The notes: a model not told the origin generated them from the letters alone. A stretch of DNA of 64,000 nucleotides from Octopus sinensis (GCF_006345805.1 NC_043010.1:4402001-4466000); one strand, 5' to 3'. Counted from the first letter of the stretch, positions 43,421 through 55,755 are shown. Numbers and translations are program-made.

Positions 43421-44299
43421 TTAATGAATAAAGAAATTTCTTTAGTTGATTTTTGAACTCATGATCGATGAGTTGTTAGTTCAATATCTTATTGATACAT
43501 TTCATCTCTACATTTATAGTGGGAACAAGTAATGTGTAGTTGACATCCAATTGGAATTATTAAAATACATACAATAAGATGAACTTTTATCAGATATTGG
43601 TATAGCATGAAGACAAAGGAATGCATATGAGTAGAACAGTGCAAGAAAGAATTAATATAATAGAATCAGTGACATTTGAATAGTATTCGTATAGTTTCAA
43701 TATTGACTTTCTATACTGCCAATTGCATACACTAAATTAATTTAAATTTGACTGAATCACTCAGTTAAAAGATTGCCTTATCTTAATTGATAACTAAAAC
43801 TGAAAAGAATCCTTACATTTGGAATATGGTCAAAGAAGACATTAACATTGATTCAGCCACAACTGCCATCACTTCTAATATTCCAGCATCACTGTTATCA
43901 TCATCAATAGCATTATCACCAGAACTACCATTGTCATTATTGGAAACAAACAAAGGGACTCGAGCTAGTTGCTTGACCTACTCAATGTAACAGTTGAATT
44001 CCGTTTAACAAAGAATCTACCAACTTTATTATGGAGACAATATATGTCGAATTTCTAAATCTCGTAAGATACCTATGATAAAATTGAGACAGCCACATCT
44101 AGAAATGCTATTTAAAATGTTTCACTTGATAAGAAACAATCAACACACAACTATGGTTGAACTGGCAGTAATACCCACTACGACATGATAATCAGAGAAG
44201 AAGCCCAAACTAAAATTTGTTCCTCTCTTTCAGTTGTTCCAAACCTTTCATTTCCAAAGAATTGCCAGCAGACTTCATTGGTATACCATTATCTTTCTT

Positions 44300-45157
44300 A
44301 CAGTTCTATATTTAAGAGTTGAGGAATTATGTACATTATTTATCGGATATTTGTCCTCATCTTGTTTGTTGTTAACACAACGTTCCAGCCTTCATCAGGT
44401 CTCATTCCTAAGGTATGTTTTGAAGTCATTATTATTACTATTGTTCAGGTCACTGCTTGGAATCGAACTCAGAATCTTGGGGTTATTAGCTCGCACTCTT
44501 AACCACTACGCCATATGCCTGTGGGCAATTATGAGTGAATCTTAGGACTTATAAATCTAATATTTTTCTATCCTTCCTTAATACCGGTTCCCATATGCTG
44601 CTCATATCTTCACTCGGTCTGCTTAGGAGGTTGTTGTGTCCTAGCATATGTGCTGCTTCTTTTAGTTTTCATGTTTTCCAGTGGTGTTCTCTGTCTATTA
44701 TTTTAACTTCATCCCACAGGGGGAGATGGTCCCCATTTTTCCATACATGATCAGCTATACCCAATTTATCAATATCGCCTCATGTCAAAGCTTTACGATG
44801 TTCATCTAACCTTATTTCGAGGGGGCGGCATGTTTTGCATTTGTATAACCTACCACAGCTGCATGGGATGGAGTACATGCAGTCTTTGGTCATATTCTCT
44901 TCTATTGGTGGTTTTATTTGAAGGAGATATTTGCGAAGTGTTGTATAACTCTTGACCACCTCCCCTTGTGGGATGAAGTTAAAATAATAGACAGAGAACA
45001 TCACTAGAAAATATAAAAACTAAAAGAAGCAGCACATATGCTAGGACACAACAACCTCCTAAGCAGACCGAGTGCAGATATGAGCAGCATATGGGAACTG
45101 GTATTAAGGAAGGCTATTAGATTTATAAGCCCTAAAATTCACTCCTTAATTGCTCAC
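44300..45157 (-). mobile_element. Penelope-like retroelement fragment (GIY-YIG endonuclease end) with inverted duplication
   Basis: Minus frame TLRKYLLQIKPPIEENMTKDCMYSIPCSCGRLYKCKTCRPLEIRLDEHRK...IADHVWKNGDHLPLWDEVKIIDREHHWKT*KLKEAAHM matches the PLE GIY-YIG pattern (YxIPCSCG..Y.G.T.R.L..RL.EH). 44959-45157 is an inverted copy of about 44522-44733. Confidence 0.85.
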
Positions 45158-45174
45158 ATATATATATACATACA

Positions 45175-45252
<78 letters not shown>

Positions 45253-45257
45253 GTCAC

Positions 45258-45753
45258 CCTTTATTATTGATAATTGTATTTCTTCCCAGTAAAAAAACTG
45301 TAGCATCTTATTTTGGCAACACGCTGGCGGAAGGGGGAAGGTGACTTACTTTCATTCACCCTTTGAATTTGGTGGTACTGGTAAGGCTTATGCTCGCTCT
45401 GATACCATGAATTGAGGTGATGTCTTCTAGTGCCTTCAAATTTAATACACAATTATTAATAATTGAGACGCAATTATTTATAATTAAAGAGTCCTACGCT
45501 GAGGAGGAAAATAGTCAGGTAAGACATAATTATTTAATTTTTATGCTCTGCAATGACTTAATTCCGAAACGTGCGTCCATAGGTAACTTAATATAGAATG
45601 ATTTTCGTCATTTCTTTCTCTTTTGCCTGCGTCGTTTGTTTTTTAAGTGCTTTGGTTTTTGGGATCTCCCTTTTAAGTAGAAAGAATAGCCAAAACTTTT
45701 TGACTGCTATTTCTAAATTCGGTGTGTGGTGAGGCAAATCGTTGCTGAACCCT
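45258..45753 (+). mobile_element. Non-coding Penelope-like/retrozyme-like element containing a hammerhead motif
   Basis: Hammerhead at 45493-45583; last ~80 bp similar to 49381-49460 (ctgctatttctaaa...gctgaaccct). Left boundary approximate. Confidence 0.55.
45493..45583 (+). ncRNA. Minimal type I hammerhead ribozyme motif
   Basis: cctacg-CUGAGGA-ggaa..agtca..tgact..ttcc-GAAA-c-gtgc-g-UC-catagg. Stem I has one mismatch; stem II is extended. Confidence 0.6.
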
Positions 45754-46342
45754 TAATTACTTACTATATATATATACATATATATATATAGTTAATTCAA
45801 GGAAGTTCCAACATAGTGTTTCCATCTGTCTATACATGATGTTGGCTAAAATCTATTAAAATGCACAAACAATTTATTAATTGACCTAGCAGCCAATAAT
45901 GCATTACATATGCAAATTGGATTGGTCAATACAGTTTAGTTACACATTTTATAGTAGTGGACATATTAATTTCAAGGACCGTTAAAGAGTTGAGTTCCGT
46001 TGCTGAAGAAATTCTCAAAGTGTATTGAAACTATTTTGTTCACAGTGATATTGTATACACATACCGGATGTTTATATAGGTTTGTAAATAGTGTTGGCTA
46101 ACAATCTATAGATATATTCTATAGTACAATATAACACTGAAACACAATATTATTGACACACCAATAGTTTATAAATATTCTACATTTTCCCAGAGTGAGG
46201 CTAAGAGAATAATCTTGTAGAGAAATAATTATTTTCTTATGCACTTCCATGTGTTAGGTATTTTTTCATAAGCATATTAATGCTCCATATGGTTTGTTAC
46301 TTCCACAAAATAATACTCAGCTTTTGAAAAAAAATTTAAATA

Positions 46343-46765
46343 TAGGTGTAGGAGTGGCTGTGTGGTAAGTAGCTTGCTTATGAACCACATGGTTCCGGGT
46401 TCAGTCCCACTACATGGCACCTTGGGCAAGTGTCTTCTACTATAGCCTCGGGCCGACCAAAGCCTTGTGAGAGGATTTGGCAGACGGAAACTGAAAGAAG
46501 CCTGTCGTATATATGTAGATATATATATATATATATATATATGTATGCGTGTGTATATGTTTGTGTGTCTGTGTTTGTCCCCCCAACATCACTTGACAAC
46601 CGATCCTAGTGTTTACGTCCCCGTAACTTAGCAGTTCAGCAAAAGAGACCGATAGAATAAGTACTAGGCTTACAAAGAATAAGTCCTGGGGTCGATTTGC
46701 TCGATCGACTAAAGGCGGTGCTCCAGCATGGCCACAGTCAAATGACTGAAACAAGTAAAAGAGTA
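46343..46765 (+). mobile_element. SINE family A, full length
   Basis: Both halves and the internal microsatellite are present. Confidence 0.9.
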
Positions 46766-47885
46766 TAATGGATTATATTTAATTTGCATGGTTTAACCTT
46801 CACAAATCAACTCATCAATCACAAGGTATCAACCCAATTAAAGACACACGGACACATTTCAAGACAACATAAAATAACATAAATGAGATATATGACTGTC
46901 ATCCCCTAGATATGACAGCAAATTAGCGTAAATTCATTAAGAATTCTAATTGACTCCATGTAATATTGCTTACAAGAAATCATGGAAAATGTAGGCGATG
47001 TAAATATTTTTCTAATTATCTCTACAACTTGTAATTTGTATTTTCTTTTTGACTAATTAAGAGGTAAAGATTTTGATAGTTTGCCTTGTTTGAATATTTT
47101 GTGAAAAATGATTGGACAATAATAATCATAAGCAAGGGGTGTATACATAGGCAACACAACCCATATCTTTGTCAATTTAATTAGATTTATGTGCGTTTAC
47201 ACACATCTTCGTATAAGCACACATGCTCACATACACAATGCTCAAACAAGCACACACACACACACACATAAAAATATGTATGTGATTGTATGTGTATGAT
47301 ATATATATATAAAGAAAGCACAAAAAACACAACAACGCAAGGACGTGGAACAAATATAGTATTATTGGACGCTCAGGAAAGAAGGAAAGAAGGAGGGTTT
47401 AACGTTTCGAGTGGAGCTCTTCGTCGGAACATAGGAGAAGGAAAGATCCAGAGAAGGGAAGACAGAGGAAAAAAAATCGCCAATGGTACACACAAGGTCA
47501 CATTTTGAAAGCATATATATATATATATATATATTGTTTGTAGCAATACAAAAATCTGGAAGAGAGGCACCCTCTAAGATGTAGAGCAGTTAGCATTATG
47601 GTGGGAGCTGGTTTAAGGGGTTACTCTGGGTTTCTTGCTCATAAAGGGTTTAACCTTAGGGCATATCTTCAGACCCCAAACACTACTGGTCTAAGACCTG
47701 TGCAAGGACAATCCGAATACAGACAGGTGTTTTAAAGAGTGACCTGTGACCTGTACAGTGGAAATAGCACGAGACGGGGGTGTCATTGCCGAGTTTGATG
47801 TCTCAGAGGTGTTCCACACACACACACACATACATACATGCACACATGTATATACACATGTATATATATATATATATATATTATT

Positions 47886-48247
47886 AGACTGCAGCCATGC
47901 TGAGGCTCAGTGTTGAAGAATTCGTTTTTCTAGCCAATTGAATTTGCGCTGGTACTTTATTTTTTCTTAAGCCTAGTACTTGTTCTGTCAGTTGCTTTTG
48001 CCAAACTGCTCAGTTACTGTGATATAAACATACCAACACCAGTTATCTGGTGGTGGTAAGGGAAGATCACACACACACACATATATATGACAGGCTCCCT
48101 TCAGTTTCTGCCTACCAAATCCACTCATGAGGCTTAGGTTGACCCAAGACTATAGCAGAAGACAGTTGTCTGAGGTCTCACAGAGTGGGACTGAAACTGG
48201 AACCATGTGGTTAGGAATCAAGCTTCTTACCACACATCCACACCTGT
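47886..48247 (-). mobile_element. SINE family A, diverged
   Basis: Reverse-complement similarity to family A. Confidence 0.7.
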
Positions 48248-48292
48248 TATGTATCTATATATGATATATATATAAATATGTATATATATATA

Positions 48293-48351
<59 letters not shown>

Positions 48352-48493
48352 TACTTGGAGGATAAGAAACGACGCGAGGCGCTCAGTCATATAATAACAA
48401 TTTAACAAATAAAACATATGCATACATACATATATGTACATACCTACATCTATATGTATATATACATGCATATATATATATATATATATATAA

Positions 48494-48714
48494 GAGTACA
48501 GGACACCACAAATAAACGTAGAACACAACGAGAAACGAAAACATAAAACCAAACAAGGAAACGGACTTTTTTAACAACGAAAAAACAGAGTACAGGACAA
48601 ACAATACAAGGAATACCTTCGAAACACGCATTGAGTCGAACCAGGGGCAGCTGATGAAGGGGAATATTCCTTGTATTGTTTGTCTTGTACTCTGTTTTTT
48701 CGTGTCCTGTACTC
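48494..48714. repeat. Inverted repeat element with hammerhead-core words in the loop
   Basis: 48577-48615 vs 48665-48703 match at 38/39 as inverted repeats; outer 13-bp inverted repeat 48494-48506/48702-48714. Confidence 0.8.
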
Positions 48715-48833
48715 ATATATATATGTATATAATCAATAATAATAAAGGGTAAAATTAATTAATTAACTAGTAATTAATAATTCCACCAAGTAGTATTCGG
48801 CACGTTAAAAGGACCATTTATCGTTAAACTTAA

Positions 48834-49488
48834 ACAATATTTTATAATTTTGAGTATAATTATAATTAGGGTTCAGCACATACCAAACTTTAGAAATAAC
48901 AACCAAAGGACCTTAGCTATTTCTTCTACTATAAGAAGAAACTCCCGGACAACAAATACTCAAAACAACCCACGTAGACAGAGAGGAAGAAGAACGAAAT
49001 TCACTTGGTATTTGATTACCTGTGGATGTATTTCAGAATTAAATCGGTATGAAGAATGTAAAAATCACACTTCATCCAATCATTTTCCTCTTCAGCACAG
49101 GATTCCAAGATTTTAAATCTGAGAGCACTGAAAAAATTGAACATGCCTATCCAATTCAAGTAGTATCAGACAAACTATTTCCAATGACCAGTAACAAAGA
49201 ATTCAAAACACACGAATGAAGAGGAAAAGGATTGGATGAAGTGTGATTTTTATATTCTTCATACCGATCTAATTCTGAAACGCGTCCACGGGTAATCAAA
49301 TACCGAGTGAATTTCGTTGTTTTTCCTCTCTGTCTACGTGGGTTGTTTTGAGTATTTGTTGTCTGGGAGTTTCTTCTCATAGTAGAAGAAATAGCTAGGG
49401 TCCTTTGGCTGCTATTTCTAAAGTTCGGTATGTGGTGAAGCAAATTTTTGCTGAACCCTAATTATAATTATACTCATAATTATAAAAT

Positions 49489-49493
<5 letters not shown>
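48834..49493. repeat. Long inverted repeat (arms about 260 and 277 bp, 122-bp spacer), Penelope-like
   Basis: Arms 48834-49094 and 49217-49493; mirror-image ORFs 48850+ and 49156- in the track; left arm carries a ~16-nt deletion. Confidence 0.9.
49019..49101 (-). ncRNA. Minimal type I hammerhead ribozyme motif (CpG-decayed)
   Basis: cctgtg-CUGAAGA-ggaa..atgaag/cttcat..ttct-GAAA-t-ac-a-UC-cacagg; 6-bp stem I. The sister arm keeps GAAACGCGTC. Confidence 0.5.
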
Positions 49494-49525
<32 letters not shown>

Positions 49526-49798
49526 AAACAAAAGTTTTTGAGATATAGAGATAAGTGGCTGATAATAGGTTTTAGAGTTTTGTCATGGGGGTAAGGGTCG
49601 TAAATCACTTCCTAGTTTCGCAGGAGGGGGGAGGTTGAAATTTGATATTGTTGTTTATAGCTTTATAGCTATACAGGTTTATAGCTTTAAGTTTATAGTG
49701 TGTGTGTGCGTGCATATACACACATACATACATACATACACACATGCGTACGTACATACATACATGCATGCATGCATGCATACATGCGTTCATACATA

Positions 49799-50552
49799 AT
49801 AATAATAATAATAATGTTTGTCCTTCGGTTCGAAGATGACCAACTGACATCATCTGATGGAACTGCCGCCATGAGACCTGAGGTGGCTGGTGAGGCCAAT
49901 CCGGGCAAGGAAGCCCCTCCCACAGGTGGGGCAGAAGTGGGTAGGGGCTGTGCTACTGGTGCAGGCGGCTCTGGCTTTACGCATCTGACGTTTCTGCTCC
50001 GCTGACCGAATCCGTCCCTCCTCGGCTGTCCCTGCTCCCACGGTGATTGCGCTGCGCCAGGATGAGCGGTTGGCAGCAAGTGTCTCCCAGGTCTCTGTTC
50101 CGATGGAGAAGTCTTTGAGAGAGACCTTGAGACTATCCTTGTAGCGCTTCTTCAGCCCTCCGACTTTGCGCCTGCCCTGGCCGAGTTCACCGTAGAAGAG
50201 CAGTTTTGGGATGTGAGTGTCGGACATGCGGGAGATGTGGCCCGCCCATCTCAGCTGGGCCTTGCGCATGATTGTGATGGTGCTAGGGAGATCTGCCTGC
50301 TTCAGAACTTCCGTGTCTGGGACTTTGTCCTGCCAGCGGATGTGAAGGAGATTCCGAAGACACCTGAGATGGAAGTGGTTTATCTGGCGCTCGTGCCTTC
50401 GGTAAGCAGTCCACGTCTCGCAGCCGTATAGTAGGGTGGTAAGCACGACTGCCCGGTGGACTTTCAGCTTGGTGTTGATGATGAATCCTCTCCGCTCCCA
50501 GACTTTCTTTCGCAGTCTCCCAAACGCGCTGCTTGCCTTGGAGATTCTGTTG
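49799..50552 (-). mobile_element. 5'-truncated RTE-clade LINE with (TAT)n tail and 19-bp TSD
   Basis: TSD atacatgcgttcatacata at 49780-49798 and 50553-50571; tail ggacaaaca(tta)n; intact C-terminal ORF. Confidence 0.92.
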
Positions 50553-50554
50553 AT
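49850..50554 (-). CDS. RTE LINE ORF2 C-terminal fragment (post-RT region plus C2H2 zinc finger), about 234 aa
   Basis: RISKASSAFGRLRKKVW...LLYGCETW...LRWAGHISRM...CPTCGRGFLARIGLTSHLRSH; no stops. The N-terminal part of track ORF 49850..50797 is SINE/microsatellite, not real coding. Confidence 0.88.
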   Translation of the reverse strand: MNRISKASSAFGRLRKKVWERRGFIINTKLKVHRAVVLTTLLYGCETWTAYRRHERQINHFHLRCLRNLLHIRWQDKVPDTEVLKQADLPSTITIMRKAQLRWAGHISRMSDTHIPKLLFYGELGQGRRKVGGLKKRYKDSLKVSLKDFSIGTETWETLAANRSSWRSAITVGAGTAEEGRIRSAEQKRQMRKARAACTSSTAPTHFCPTCGRGFLARIGLTSHLRSHGGSSIR

Positions 50555-50721
50555 ACATGCGTTCATACATACATACACACATACATACGTACATATATAT
50601 AATGAACTAACTGTTACTTTCTCAGATGCAGCACGGATTTTTGTCAGTGAACAGGTCGCGCTCTTAAAGCGATGAAAATATTTTGACAAATTAAACTTAA
50701 ATGTTGAAGTGAATCGAACGG

Positions 50722-50752
<31 letters not shown>

Positions 50753-50886
50753 GCTTACAAACCACATGGTTCTGGGTTCAGTCCCACTGCGTGGCACCTT
50801 GGGTAAGTGTCTTCTACTATTGCCTCGGGCCGACCAAAGCCTTGTGAGTGCATTTGGTAGACGAAAACTGAAAGAAGCCCGTCATA

Positions 50887-50942
<56 letters not shown>

Positions 50943-51705
50943 ATATAGATACAATATTAGATATGTTCATATATACACAAGGGTACTACATGAGTACCTA
51001 TATCACTAATGATGGAAGTAAAAAAGAATACTTCTGTACTACCAAATTGTCACAAATCCATATATATATATATATATATATATATGAGATTGATATGAAT
51101 TGTGCTAGTTGTTTCACAAACAAAGTAGAGTACAGGGACATAAGAAGAAGAATTTTATTACAGTATTATAGTCACAGACCACTGGTGGTCCAGTTAATTT
51201 AAGCTTATTGCACATGCTAACATATACCATTAAGAGTAAATGTTTTAAACTAGGTTCCTTTGCCATGAGCCATCTGATGATTGTTTTAGCCACACAAGGA
51301 GACCACAGTTAAGAGAAAAATAAGCGCAGGTTATATAATTTTATTTTGGGTTAGAACTTGCAAATAACTACCTGTTTCACTATATGTTTTGCAGGCATTT
51401 TCAAAGATATATCTAACCATAAAAATATATCTAATCGTATTCTTTGAATGATGGGGTAGGGTCGGGGTGGTAGCGGTTTTGAAAGAAAGCATCAAAATAA
51501 TGCTGGAAGAAAACAGAAAACAGAAAAGAAACTACATGGCTGTGTGGTTAACAAGTCAGCATTGCAACTACTTGGTTCTGGGTTCAGTCCTACTGTGTGG
51601 CACCTTGGGGAGTGTGTGCCACTGTAGCTCTTGGCTACAATGCCACGTAAGGTAACTTGGATAATGGATACCTATCATGTATACATGTGTGTGTGTGTGT
51701 ATGTA

Positions 51706-51764
<59 letters not shown>

Positions 51765-52941
51765 CTGTGTATGTGTGTGTGTGTGTGTGTGTGTGTTCCC
51801 ACTGCTTGGCAAGCAATGCTGGGTTGATAACATCCTCATGATTTAGCAATTGGGCTAATGAGACTGGCAGAATATGTACCAGATTTAAAAATACTGGGTC
51901 TCTTTGTTTCACTGAACCCTTCAGGGCAGTAACCAGCATGTCTGCTGTCCAATTACTAAAATAATTAAAAGAAGTTAAGTTATTTTAAATATGTTTAGAA
52001 GTGATCAGTTATATTAAATACAGAAAAAGCTCTTATGAAAGCTGCTTTGTTTTGCATAAATGTAATAAGTGTGAGTAGAAGTGATAGAAAACCTTAGATA
52101 ATGAGATCGGTTTACCAAGCAAAAGTTAGTAAATTAATAGTTTATAATCTAAAATGCGGAAGAAATAAGAATTTTAAAGTATTAATCTACCATATCAGGG
52201 GAAGTTACTCTTAACCATTGATTTATTACGTTACAAAAATCTATTCTACTTGAGAGTGTATCGAGAATTAAAACAAATATATCTTAAGATTACTCACAAG
52301 AAATTTATATAAAAAGAAGTTATTGTATTCACTCCTTATTCTTATTACTACACAATGCTGAGAAATTTGTAAATAAACCTATTTGTTAAATGCAATGAGA
52401 ATTACAGTTTCCTACTGTATAGACATTTAGATGGTGAGAGAAACATCACGGTGTTATTTGTCTAGCAAATTTATTTTGCGTAATCAATTCCACTACATTG
52501 TGAAGAAGTAATTAAGTATTTACATTGGAATCAAAAGCTATACATTATTACGGAGTCGTGTACATGGGTCTAATCTAAGGGAACTAATCTAAAGTTCTCA
52601 TAACTGGTTATTGCTAGTTAAGATACTGTTAACCCACGTTCAAGCAAGCAGATCAGCCATGGAAGTGGTGTAGTATACCAATTAATCTACCCAACAGACA
52701 TTTGTTTTTTTTTTACAACACTTATACCTTAAGAAACAATATATATCCAATACACACACAGGAATATTATAATACTAAAATCAATAAATAGACCAAGTAT
52801 CTATCTATCTGTCTGTCTGTCTATCTATTTATCTGTCTGTCTGTCTATCTATCTATCGACTGATCTACCTATCTATCTATTTATCTATCTATATTACTAG
52901 GCATAAATAATGGGCATTACACATTTTTCTGTATTGTACTG

Positions 52942-52981
<40 letters not shown>

Positions 52982-52983
<2 letters not shown>

Positions 52984-53148
52984 GGCACAGGAGTGGCTGT
53001 GTGGTAAGTAGCTTGCTAACCAACCACATGGTTCCGGGTTCAGTCCCACTGCGTGGCATCTTGAGCAAGTGTCTTCTGCTATAGTCTCGGGCCAACCAAT
53101 GCCTTGCGAGTGGATTTGGTAGACGGAAACTGGAAGAAGCCTGTCGTA

Positions 53149-53195
<47 letters not shown>

Positions 53196-53402
53196 TTGTG
53201 TGTCTGTGTTTGTCCCCCTAGCATTGCTTGACAACCGATGCTGGTATGTTTACGTCCCCGTCACTTAGCGGTTCGGCAAAAGAGACCGATAGAATAAGTA
53301 CTGGGCTTACAAAGAACTTTCCCGGGGTCGATTTGCTCAACTAAAGGCGGTGCTCCAGCATGGCCGCAGTCAAATGACTGAAACAAGTAAAAGAGTAAAA
53401 GA

Positions 53403-53436
<34 letters not shown>

Positions 53437-54103
53437 ATATATATATATATATATACACAGCTATTTATATATGTGTGTATGTGTTATATCCATAAGTTAT
53501 TATTCAAATGGCAGTTGGGTAGGGAAGCTTTTAAACTCTGTGAAACTTTGGCATAACTACAGTTTAGTGCCCAGCTGAATTTCTTGCCACTTATCTTTCT
53601 GCAAAATCCATATTCGTTATTGAAATTTTGCAGTAAAGTATTTTCAAAGGAATGAATTACATTTTGGTTTGGTTGTTAAGAATTCTTGAAAATAATTTGC
53701 TTTTGAAGAACTTTCAGATCATTCCCTAAACTCCCAGCTTGGTTTCTACATAACCCTCTATAAAATATATAGTTTTGAATAGTATTTAGCAAAAATACTA
53801 TTTCAGTATCATAGATTATGTAATGTTGACTTTTTACAAAAATTGAAATCAGAAAAAGAAGTGCAAAATGCCAAAGACTAAGTAGTTGCTGATAAAAAAG
53901 TTGGTGGAGGTTGGGAAACACAGTAAACTGTAATAAATAGGCGCAGGAGTGGCTGTGTGGTAAGTAGCTTGCTAACCAGCCACATGGTTCCGGGTTCAGT
54001 CCCACTGCGTGGCATCTTGGGCAAGTATCTTCTGCTATAGCCCCAGGCCGACCAATGCCTTGTGAGTGGATTTGGTAGACAGAAACTGAAAGAAGCTGTC
54101 GTA

Positions 54104-54137
<34 letters not shown>

Positions 54138-54370
54138 AGTGTGTGTGTGTGTGTGTGTGTTTGTGTGTCTGTGTTTGTGTGTCTGTGTTTGTTCCCCTAG
54201 CATTGCTTGACAACCGATGCTGGTGTGTTTACATCCCCGTCACTTAGCAGTTCGGCAAAAAGAGACCAATGGCTTACAAAAAGAATAAGTCCCGGGTCGA
54301 GTTGCTCAATTAAGGCGGTGCTCCAGCATGGCCGCAGTCAAATGACTGAAACAAGTAAAAGAGTAAAAGA

Positions 54371-54428
<58 letters not shown>

Positions 54429-55326
54429 CTATTTATATATGTGTGTATGTGTTATATCCATAAGTTATTATTCAAATGGCAGTTGGGTAGGGAAGCTTTT
54501 AAACTCTGTGAAACTTTGGCATAACTACAGTTTAGTGCCCAGCTGAATTTGTTGCCACTTATCTTTCTGCAAAATCCATATTCGTTATTGAAATTTTGCA
54601 GTAAGTATTTTCAAAGGAATGAATTACATTTTGGTTTGGTTGTTAAGAATTCTTGAAAATAATTTGCTTTTGAAGAACTTTCAGATCATTCCCTAAACTC
54701 CCAGCTTGGTTTCTACATAACCCTCTATAAAATATATAGTTTTGAATAGTATTTAGCAAAAATACTATTTCAGTATCATAGATTATGTAATGTTGACTTT
54801 TTACAAAAATTGAAATCAGAAAAAGAAGTGCAAAATGCCAAAGACAAAGTAGTTGCTGATAAAAAAGTTGGTGGAGGTTGGGAAACACAGTAAACTGTAA
54901 TAAATAGGCGCAGGAGTGGCTGTGTGGTAAGTAGCTTGCTAACCAACCACATGGTTCCGGGTTCAGTCCCACTGCGTGGCATCTTGGGCAAGTATCTTCT
55001 GCTATAGCCCCAGGCCGACCAATGCCTTGTGAGTGGATTTGTTAGACAGAAACTGAAAGAAGCCTGTCGTATATATGTATATATATATATATATATATAT
55101 AAGTGTGTGTGTGTGTGTTTGTGTGTCTGTGTTTGTTCCCCTAGCATTGCTTGACAACCGATGCTGGTGTGTTTACATCCCCGTCACTTAGCAGTTCGGC
55201 AAAAAGAGACCAATGGGCTTACAAAAAGAATAAGTCCCGGGGTCGAGTTGCTCAACTAAAGGCGGTGCTCCAGCATGGCCGCAGTCAAATGACTGAAACA
55301 AGTAAAAGAGTAAAAGAGTAAGAGTA
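52982..55326 (+). repeat. Tandem duplication: SINE-A / unique ~480 bp / SINE-A / unique / SINE-A
   Basis: SINE starts at 52982, 53938, 54905; unique segments 53454-53937 and 54423-54904 differ at about three positions. Confidence 0.92.
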
Positions 55327-55339
55327 AATGTGATACATA

Positions 55340-55578
55340 TAGCAAGAAATCCTTCATTCAAGCATGCATGCATACATACATCTATCCATACATCTATCCA
55401 TACATACATACATACACACATACATACAGACATACAGACATACATACAGACATACATACATAATACAGACATACACACACCACACACCATCAGACAGACA
55501 GACATACATACAGACATAATACATACATACATACACCACATACAACATACATACATACACACACCTACATCCTACAAC

Positions 55579-55609
<31 letters not shown>

Positions 55610-55722
55610 TACAGCAGACAGACATACATACAGGCATACAGACATACATACACACACACACACACATACAGACAGACATACAGACAGACATACATACATA
55701 CATACATACATACATACACATA

Positions 55723-55752
<30 letters not shown>
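55340..55752. repeat. Compound (CATA)n/(CAGA)n/(CA)n satellite
   Basis: Low-complexity array, source of the MYVC-type ORFs. Confidence 0.9.

Positions 55753-55755
<3 letters not shown>

Noticed and set aside
43817-43977. 161-nt minus exon candidate (donor gtaagg) mirrored by a plus ORF
   Set aside because: Weak acceptor, both strands open, surrounding frames broken; cannot assign.
51372-51502. 131-nt minus exon candidate with very strong acceptor
   Set aside because: Weak donor (gtagtt) and unrecognised peptide; left unannotated pending RNA data.
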